Assembly: GCA_903813345.2 (NCBI GenBank)
Contig: CAIIXF020000001.1
Location: 35,960,001-36,024,000, forward strand
DNA length: 64,000 nucleotides
Reading direction: 5' to 3'
Source of the DNA: Owenia fusiformis
Taxonomy: Eukaryota
A program made the translations under genes and the position numbers. Positions 55,101 through 64,000 of this stretch are shown here, in pieces. The notes under the pieces are model-generated. The model did not search any database. It saw only the letters and a list, made by a program, of their open reading frames with translations, and was not told the origin of the DNA. Numbering within the stretch: the first letter of the stretch is position 1; the number at the start of each line of letters is the position of its first letter.

Positions 55101-58100
55101 AATAAATGCCATATTCAAACACTCCCATTAAATGTAATCGATTATATTTTCATGAGGATATAAATGGTCTATTACATTTGTTTCCTTGGGTTTTAATTTA
55201 AATGAAAACAATATTTCATCTGAAATTTTTTATTATTCAATGAATGTTTGAGGAGGAGCAAGGGAGACAATTTGAAATATTCACCTGATCTCTTAAAAAC
55301 CAAAAAGTCATGGATTCAATATAAGCTCCAAGGTCTTCTCGTGTGACTAGTGCACCATGCAGAGAAAACCACAAAGGTTTGTTTTGAAAAATTTGACAAA
55401 ATAAAAATTGGCCTGTCAAAGTCTATACCATGGGAGCAACCTAATGAGTCAATTTCCCACATTTGGTGCAATGATAGCTGAGTGTTATTGTCTCTACCTC
55501 CTTCCCCATTTAGAGTAATAGATTTAACAACACTCACTGCTTATTTTGATGACAATGTGATTTGGTTATTGAGGATGTTCAAAGACAAACACCTAAAACC
55601 ATTAGCATACAATTTTACTTAGAAATGTTTTTATAGTTCAGTGATCTATAAATAATTGATTAAGCTTTTAGCAAAAGTTGACTCTGAAGACAAATAAACA
55701 GATTTTTTCCCTCAACCAATCTCTATTGATTATTATTGCAAATAATACGAATGTCACAAGAGATGCTGTCTCATTTATTTAATGTCTGCACTTAACAAAA
55801 GAAAAGAAAAATCGTCAAATATGCGATGCTGCAGCATATTTGCCGTTCCAGACTATAATTTTTGACAGTTCATTACCAAACATAAAAGCTTCGCTCTAGG
55901 AAAGGAAGAAGATTTGGGAGGTTTCCTCACATAAGGGAATAGCCAGGATCCCAAAAAGCAATGAGAATAGAAAAGGCAATTTTAAGCCAAAGAGGATATT
56001 AAACCTCTATAGGACATAATTTAGGCAGTTTTAATTAAAAAAAACTTTTGTTTCAAGAATGAATGTGTTTTCTCCCAATTAGCTGTGCTGAAAACCCATC
56101 TATGGTGTATTATTAGTACATTTTGGTTATGCTCTTACCACAGATGTATCGGTTCAAGAAACATTCATTTTTGTGATTTCAAATGTTGGCCACATCATTC
56201 CTGATCAAATATAAAATTACAAATCTAATATATATATTGTAACTATGCATACTATTGAAATAAATGTTGTAAATAAACGCATATCATGAATTCTTTTTAT
56301 ATTTCCTGTAATATTCATAAACTCTGTGGTACAGCTTGTTTCATTATACAATAACATCTGCATATAAAATTCCTCTCCAGTCCAAACACATGTTAATATG
56401 AATACTTTTTATTGCCTTCCATCCACTCACATATTAAGAAACTTGAAATATGAACAACTCCTAATACAGACACTTGCTGATTCTAGCGGCATTCAGATTA
56501 GACAAGTTTTATATGTAACATATCACTGATATGAGATGGCAACTAAAATCATAAACTATAGATGTCATATCATTTATCATTCTTTACTTACTAAATACAG
56601 TATTGAGTATACTCTACAGTATAGTTGTTACAAAGTTTTGAGAAACGCAACTCATAATTTTATAACTTTACAGTAACTCTTTGAAACTCATGAAACTAGG
56701 AGACTAGTTGTGTGGATTATATTGATGATTGACATGTCCTGTTCTCACAAGCCTAATTGTTTTACTTGTAGATCCCTGCTGTGCATCAATTTGGACTGTT
56801 CATGGCCCTCATTGTGTCTGGCTGCTGGATTATGGTGATGATTAATATGCCATGTGCTCTCATTATCTGGCATAGATGTTTCTCCAAGTGTGAGGCTTTT
56901 TGCTTCAAACCGTAAGTTCAATCTCATTTATTATATGGATTAGATCATCATTAAATGTCAAAGAGGGACTGAAAATTGCCAGTATTATCATTTTTGCAAC
57001 ATGCCTCTGTTTCTGACTTAAGGAATAAATAATGATAGGCCATTCAATATGGTGAAATTCAGCACGAGTTGGACAGAATGTTGTACAAAGCACGAACCGA
57101 AGGTGAGTGCATTTGTACTAACATTCTGTCCAACGAGTGCTGAATTTCACCATATTGAATGGCCTATCATTATTTATTCCGATTCAAACATAAAAATTAG
57201 TAAAAGCCGTGTCTGTGGAACGGGCATGAAGGAAGAATATGCATGCTGTCAAGATTCTGAAGTCGGCCGGAAAAATTTTAGAATTTGTTTGGGCTGTTCT
57301 ATTTTACTCCCCGTTTTAGATTTTATACGGTGTATGCAAGTCAGCCATAGTTAAATAGTTACAGTAGTTACGGAGGGAGTAAAAAAGAACAGCTATCCCC
57401 GGACAGAGCCCCAGATGTGCAGCTGAGATGTGACGTCACTCAAAACAATGCAAATTGCAGATTGAATAGAGCATGGTCGTGCATCTATGGAGAATTAGAG
57501 AACGTTCTATATTGGCTATGCTGCATTCTGATTGGTTGAGAAATTCGAATAGAGCACGGTCATGTTTGAATCTTAATTTAAACAATGCTGTAATTGGTTA
57601 CATCATTGAAATGGATGTAAAAACTTGGCTAATATAATATATACCAAATACAAATATTAGGATACACATAAGACTTATAGTATTTTATTGTATTTTGCAG
57701 ATGTAGAGGCAGGTGTCAAGGAAGCTCTGGGTTAGAGCTGCCACCGGATATCCAGCAATTCTTGGATGCAGGCAAACAGCAGCCAACAATTGCTAGCTCT
57801 GAATCTGACAGTGATGATGTACCTATGCTGACCCTTGATGAATTTGATGAACAAGGTAGGGTTCAAATGGCAGTCTGTTTGTGCAATTAGAGGATTAATT
57901 TGACAAGCCTCTGCTGAATAAAAAATTGTTTTATAGAAATGTGTATGAAAACTGTAACTATGGCATATCCTTCCCAGAACCTTTATTTTTCACTACATTT
58001 TAAAAATAATTTTTTGTCGCATTTACAGGAATTCGTTACAGGATAAGATGTAAATTGGTTGTGATTTTATATAATATAGCTTTGTGTAATATTTAAATAT

Positions 58101-61100
58101 GTTTCAGCACTCCTCTCTGACACAGATGATATGCCATTGGACTTGAACTGGGATCTGTCAATCAGGACTCCCCTTCCAAGCACCAGCAAGAAGGAAGGCT
58201 GTAACATGATTGCTAAGCTTCAGGCTGCAATGTACTACTACATTGCTACCCCTGTTGTCAAGGCTAGATGGGTAATTGTAGGTGAGTCGTTTTTATGAAA
58301 TACTGTATGTCCCTCATACCATTAACCTGCAAGAGATTTACTACATGGAACTATGAGAAGTTTTAAAATTGGACTATTGGCCAAAGGATCTTATTAATTG
58401 CTTACGCTCAATGGAAGATTAATATCACTCAGAATATCACTCAGAAATATCACTCAGAAATATTATTGACTATTACAGGGCTGTATATTGTAATACTGGG
58501 TGTGTCCATTGGTCTGATGGTCCAGCTGAAGCCTGCCACTAAACCTCCTCAGTTGTTTGCCTCCAGTACCAACCTACAACAACTCTTAGACCTGGCAGTG
58601 AATATGAGTGATAAATCCATTTCGTGTGATCGATGTTCTGGATATTATGAGGTAAGATATCTTCTTTGATGAACAAAGGGTGTATAGTGTAGATTTGGCT
58701 GAACAGTCGAACCAGGGTGCTAGCAAGTCAAGCTAGACTTTATTTCTTATTTAATACATGTTTTATTGTATCAATTAACAAGTGACATCATTTCTATTGT
58801 TTGTAGCTGTACAAATTATAGCAGATAAGTTTTAAAACAATATAAGGTTGAGGAATTAAAGCCTAATTTATTTGATTGATGTGATGTTTACATGTTTTAA
58901 ACCATTACAATACAAAAGCCTTTGACATGAACATTTCAGGAGAATCCAAAGTATGTAGGTAATACTGACAAGACCACAGTTAGGACCAACCCTCCAGTGA
59001 AGCCAACCTTAGGACCAGTCAAAGTTCAGCCTACCACTGTTGTACCTTCAACTGTGAAGCCTTCAACCACTAAGGGTCCTATTCAAACAACAGAGGCTTC
59101 ATCTTTGAAAACTACGAAATGGCCCTGGTTGACATCTAGTGTAGATGCTAAGACAAAACCTCAAACCAGAAAACCTACAACTTTGATGACTACAACAACA
59201 ACAACAACAACAACAACAATTAGTGAGCCATAGTATTCTTTTCTAGATTTATGTTTTGAAACAGCATCTCATTATTCCAAGTATATTCAAATTAAGGGTA
59301 TAAATAGTACTTAGAAGATTGCTAATTGAATATTCATTAGTTTTATTGTGTTCCTTGGGAAATCGAAAATGGCTACCCAAATTTATTCTCCAGTTCATAG
59401 CACTAACATTATGTTAGTAACCGATATCCAACGTTTTCATTAATGTTTCACTTTCAGGACCAACCAGACACCATGAAGATAGAAAAACACCAAAACCGAC
59501 CCAAGCACCCAAACACTCTCCACCACTGGAACCACGTCCAACCTCATCTGTTCCCTCTATCACCCTACCACCCAAGAATTCAGACTCAGCCTCCAGTGGT
59601 TACAAACCTTGTGAGCACCAGAAGTGTAATAATCTAAAGGAACGACCCCATATTGAATCTACAGCTGTGATTCATGTGGTCTTTGGCATAGTTGGGGTTG
59701 ACCGCTCTAACATCTCAAATGCTCATGTTTTTACATCAAAGGTATGTATTTGACTGTACACTTAATCCTTAAACGGTTATGAATTTTTTATAACTTTTTT
59801 TGTAGTTTGTTTTTTGATCCGGAACTTTCTGGCTTTTCTTAAAATTGAATTGGGCATGTTTTAGGGAAAAAATGCTCATAGGAGGAAAGTTAGAGCTGGT
59901 CAAAGTTGAAATACCCAAATTGTCAGTAGTCTTGACTTGAAATGATGAACCCCTATGTTCTAAGAAAATGAATTTCGTCATCAATAATGATGTAGTTATA
60001 ACTAAGCTCAAAATATTGGGAATGGAATAACCTTTCCAATGATATCTGATACAACCAAGATCAAACAAGGGGGGGCAACATTTGTTGTAAATCTCTATAG
60101 CCAAACCGTTTGAGGGATGCATTATACGCGAGTTTAGGTCCATTTTTAAGGTCTATTTTATGTATGTTTTAGGTGCATTTCTAGGTTTATTTATAATGTT
60201 ATTTCCTTTCAGGGTAAACTTATGTATGACCCAGAGTTTGAGAAGGCATTCACTATGGCTACACTGAATGTCAAAGCTTTGGGAGAGTTGTGTAAAATCT
60301 GCAAATTGCTTGCCAATAATACCAAACTGACAAAACCCAATACAACACAGTGTTTGCCACATGGCAATGGTAGGATTCTTTTCTACATTATATATAATAT
60401 TTATTGTATATTTAGATAGATATATGATCTATTAATCGCATACAATTATTTCATAGCCTTTGTGGCTATTGTAGCTTTGACCCTTCATAGTTAAAGTGAA
60501 AACACACAACATTGCAATTATAAAATGGGAAAACAGATTATAGTTATAGTTAAAGTATAGAATTATTGTCCAAATGAATTGTAGTGAAAACCACTGTCAG
60601 TCTATCTGTCTGGAGCATAACTCAAATACTAGTAAACTGATTTTCTTCATATTTGGCTGAAAAATGTATAATGGTAAATTGTTGTGTGAATTTTTTTTTC
60701 GAAATGGCTGCCACTTCAAAAGGCTAATAAGTTTTTGATTTCCAATTAAAGTAATTGTGAAAGTTGATTGTAAATAATGTGATTGTCTGGCAAAGAAAAT
60801 AATTTGATGATTCCAGTAATACCCGCCGCCATGAAAATTGCCCTGAAGAGTGTCCCAGAATGCCAGCACTTACCAGACAATGCAAATGTCTTCAAGGGTA
60901 GAAGACTACCTGCACAATCCATTGGTTACATCAACCGTACATCAAACAGTGTAAAATGGCTGGCATTTGCCTATGAATCTGTGAGTATGTGTGGTGTGGA
61001 TTATAAAACATGGGCTGAAACCCAGAAATAGAAAAAAACATTGTATTAAAACAGAAAGACTGTGATATGAAGTGACACATTTTCAAGAAATTCCTTGCAG

Positions 61101-64000
61101 TGAAATTATTGTTGGCTTTTTGAAGCTTCATCTGTGTTTTTTCATAAACCATTCCACTTCTAAACTGATGTGGTAAGGCCTTAATGGTCAACCCTTATGA
61201 GAAAGGCACATCAAAGGAAAAACTTTAAGTGTGGCAAGTTGACAAGTTACAGAAAATCTACAAATTTAAAACTTCTCTAAAAAGTCTAAAAAGGCAAACC
61301 CACCCATTTTAATACTTATAGTAACCCTGGTTACAAAATAATTACTATATCATTGAAAGCTAGTTGTAGTAAAATAATTATTGCATTGCTTTTCGGCAGC
61401 AGAGTATCTGTATACAATGAAACATCAAATGTAAAGCATTTATTTTGTAGACTACAGCTAAAGGTCTGTCATACTTTGAGGCATATCAGAAATACCAAGA
61501 CTGGGAGAAGTTTATTCGGCAAATTAAAAAGGATGTCTTAGCTCCAGATTCTCCTTTACACAACTTCTTTCAGACGTCCGAGTTCTGGAAAACGGTAAAT
61601 ATAGCAATTTTAAGTTAATCCGTGTTAAATTACAATTGTTTAGATATGATTCTCGTACAAGTGATATCACAATGTTGGGAATAATCTGAATATATGATCT
61701 TGTATCTATTAGGTATGTTTGAATCCTGAATGCTATTTACGTGTGAATATGTGGAGTTGAAGTGTGGTTTACTCTTATGTTAGCATTTGTACAAAATACC
61801 TTGAGACTATGATTTATGACAAAGATTTGATTTGTTATCAACTTTGATTTGGTACTGCCCACTTCGAGACCTCTCTATGGAAATTGGTTCTCTCTATGAT
61901 TATATATATTGTAGGTCATGATGGAGGTTGTAGCTGTAAGCAGTGCTATATATGGCTTGGTTCTCTCTATGATTATATGTGTTGTAGGTCATGATGGAGG
62001 TTGTAGCTGTAAGCAGTGCTATATATGGCTTGGTTCTCTCTATGATTATATGTGTTGTAGGTCATGATGGAGGTTGTAGCTGTAAGCAGTGCTATATATG
62101 GCTTGGTTCTCTCTATGATTATATGTGTTGTAGGTCATGATGGAGGTTGTAGCTGTAAGCAGTGCTATATATGGCTTGGTTCTCTCTATGATTATATGTG
62201 TTGTAGGTCATGATGGAGGTTGTAGCTGTAAGCAGTGCTATATATGGCTTGGTTCTCTCTATGATTATATGTGTTGTAGGTCATGATGGAGGTTGTAGCT
62301 GTAAGCAGTGCTATATATGGCTTGGTTCTCTCTATGATTATATGTGTTGTAGGTCATGATGGAGGTTGTAGCTGTAAGCAGTGCTATATATGGCTTGGTT
62401 CTCTCTATGATTATATGTGTTGTAGGTCATGATGGAGGTTGTAGCTGTAAGCAGTGCTATATATGGCTTGGTTCTCTCTATGATTATATGTGCTGTAGGT
62501 CATGATGGAGGTTGTAGCTGTAAGCAGTGCTATATATGGCTTGGTTCTCTCTATGATTATATGTGTTGTAGGTCATGATGGAGGTTGTAGCTGTAAGCAG
62601 TGCTATATATGGCTTGGTTCTCTCTATGATTATATGTGTTGTAGGTCATGATGGAGGTTGTAGCTGTAAGCAGTGCTATATATGGCTTGGTTCTCTCTAT
62701 GATTATATGTGTTGTAGGTCATGATGGAGGTTGTAGCTGTAAGCAGTGCTATATATGGCTTGGTTCTCTCTATGATTATATGTGTTGTAGGTCATGATGG
62801 AGGTTGTAGCTGTAAGCAGTGCTATATATGGCTTGGTTCTCTCTATGATTATATGTGTTGTAGGTCATGATGGAGGTTGTAGCTGTAAGCAGTGCTATAT
62901 ATGGCTTGGTTCTCTCTATGATTATATGTGTTGTAGGTCATGATGGAGGTTGTAGCTGTAAGCAGTGCTATATATGGCTTGGTTCTCTCTATGATTATAT
63001 GTGTTGTAGGTCATGATGGAGGTTGTAGCTGTAAGCAGTGCTATATATGGCTTGGTTCTCTCTATGATTATATGTGTTGTAGGTCATGATGGAGGTTGTA
63101 GCTGTAAGCAGTGCTATATATGGCTTGGTTCTCTCTATGATTATATGTGTTGTAGGTCATGATGGAGGTTGTAGCTGTAAGCAGTGCTATATATGGCTTG
63201 GTTCTCTCTATGATTATATGTGTTGTAGGTCATGATGGAGGTTGTAGCTGTAAGCAGTGCTATATATGGCTTGGTTCTCTCTATGATTATATGTGTTGTA
63301 GGTCATGATGGAGGTTGTAGCTGTAAGCAGTGCTATATATGGCTTGGTTCTCTCTATGATTATATGTGTTGTAGGTCATGATGGAGGTTGTAGCTGTAAG
63401 CAGTGCTATATATGGCTTGGTTCTCTCTATGATTATATGTGTTGTAGGTCATGATGGAGGTTGTAGCTGTAAGCAGTCCTATATATGGCTTGGTTCTCTC
63501 TATGATTATATGTGTTGTAGGTCATGATGGAGGTTGTAGCTGTAAGCAGTGCTATATATGGCTTGGTTCTCTCTATGATTATATATATTGTAGGTCATGA
63601 TGGAGGTTGTAGCTGTAAGCAGTGCTATATATGGCTTGGTTCTCTCTATGATTATATGTGTTGTAGGTCATGATGGAGGTTGTAGCTGTAAGCAGTGCTA
63701 TATATGGCTTGGTTCTCTCTATGATTATATGTGTTGTAGGTCATGATGGAGGTTGTAGCTGTAAGCAGTGCTATATATGGCTTGGTTCTCTCTATGATTA
63801 TATGTGTTGTAGGTCATGATGGAGGTTGTAGCTGTAAGCAGTGCTATATATGACTTGGTTCTCTCTATGATTATATGTGTTGTAGGTCATGATGGAGGTT
63901 GTAGCTGTAAGCAGTGCTATATATGGCTTGGTTCTCTCTATGATTATATGTGTAGCGGCTGTAGCAATATTTACTGGACATCCTCTACTACTTCTTATTG
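46111..64000 (+). CDS. DISP3: Dispatched RND transporter family member 3 (PTCHD2), 3'-incomplete
   Basis: Approximate exons: 46111-47128, 49427-49523, 49842-50113, 51601-51761, 56772-56911, 57701-57855, 58108-58281, 58479-58651, 58940-59222, 59458-59741, 60213-60370, 60818-60980, 61451-61594, 63886->64000. It has a sterol-sensing domain with LNGAAAFVIVGIGVDDVFVFINTFRQA and AGKATFFTSFTTAAAFAAN, IPAVHQFGLFM, and C-terminal TM MMEVVAVSSAIYGLVLSMIICVAAVAIFTGH, all matching DISP3 as I recall it. Confidence 0.93.
50168..50399. mobile_element. Tc1/mariner-type MITE
   Basis: TIRs cagggtgtcccgaaagtatgccccc...gcagacatat / atatgtctgcctagggg...cataccttcgggacactctg. Confidence 0.85.
51321..51464. repeat. 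Short palindromic element
   Basis: tatagagcacaattcctaaattcactaaactgaaatagcataattatc is mirrored by gataattatgctatttcaggttagtgaattgaggaatattgccctata. Confidence 0.85.
52907..52913 (+). promoter_or_regulatory. Candidate TATA box of the nested GPCR
   Basis: tatataag ~185 nt upstream of ATG 53091; a weak signal in AT-rich DNA. Confidence 0.3.
53091..54209 (+). CDS. Intronless class A (rhodopsin-like) GPCR, FMRFamide-receptor-like/chemoreceptor-like
   Basis: 372-aa ORF with seven hydrophobic segments: TM1 GIFGN, TM2 LAVTD, TM3 TCDRFIHVCRPL (DRY variant), TM6 FLILVTP and TM7 NSSVNFIIYCLTGARFRKVF. Confidence 0.93.
   Translation: MTSNISYGHTNLTCGYSNLSFGHSNLSYGYSNVSCGLSNLSIEHTLKVRWIPNESLLTYQWVLWYILSPMLVSGGIFGNIMTIIVLSRESKKSSRTILLKSLAVTDILFLVSFLISQLIAIIYHQNRWLERYMSNGNMFKKVYFWSVPVVSTTQTLATWMILLVTCDRFIHVCRPLQANRICTVKNIRRVTIVVMVLAVAYNIPVWHSRVSKEFRYSDGYKITYSSILNAIFRYVGPELAVFVLNILLINDVRKSPAMDINKKKEKEEKRITFTLILIATFFLILVTPCTVAQFIASKLIVASKETKFIFVQFANFLLLCNSSVNFIIYCLTGARFRKVFLSTLRCANRHHNVSHSTSGSTQHTVLKTSTKL
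57022..57180. repeat. Near-perfect ~160-bp palindrome
   Basis: ggaataaataatgataggccattcaatatggtgaaattcagcac...gtgctgaatttcaccatattgaatggcctatcattatttattcc, with a centre near gaaccgaaggtga. Confidence 0.92.
59192..59219 (+). repeat. (ACA)n microsatellite encoding poly-Thr in a DISP3 exon
   Basis: acaacaaca... just before the donor A|gtgagc. Confidence 0.9.
61884..63953 (+). repeat. 73-bp tandem array of acceptor plus DISP3 exon start (28 exon starts)
   Basis: Unit gtcatgatggaggttgtagctgtaagcagtgctatatatggcttggttctctctatgattatatgtgttgtag. The first exon start is 61915 and the last 63886 (1971 = 27 x 73). Confidence 0.97.

Noticed and set aside
61884..63953. CRISPR-like appearance of the regular arrays (also 30212-31467, 32141-32480)
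   Set aside because: Units are contiguous with no unique spacers, there are no cas genes, and the context is spliceosomal eukaryotic genes.

Overview
This is AT-rich, intron-containing animal genomic DNA. It is probably an invertebrate, perhaps a lophotrochozoan such as a mollusc or annelid; the species cannot be determined here. Genes in order: a disrupted cytochrome P450 remnant (+), SLC35E2 (-), UBE4B (+, 24 coding exons), PINK1 (-, 10 coding exons) and DISP3/PTCHD2 (+, running off the window end). An intronless rhodopsin-type GPCR is nested in a DISP3 intron on the same strand. The four main genes form two head-to-head pairs, and all four human orthologues lie on 1p36. Introns are full of non-autonomous inverted-repeat transposons and palindromes. 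The most unusual signal is a recurring class of tandem array whose repeat unit is a splice junction itself. There are 28 copies of an acceptor plus exon start in DISP3 (73 bp), 11 in the UBE4B U-box exon (113 bp), 3 degenerate copies at UBE4B exon 8 (about 40 bp), and a 1.3 kb higher-order array grown from a UBE4B donor site. In the two large acceptor arrays, only the last acceptor gives intact protein by simple splicing. Nearly every unit also carries an internal GT donor that would define a frame-preserving microexon. All exon models were read by eye and are not RNA-validated.
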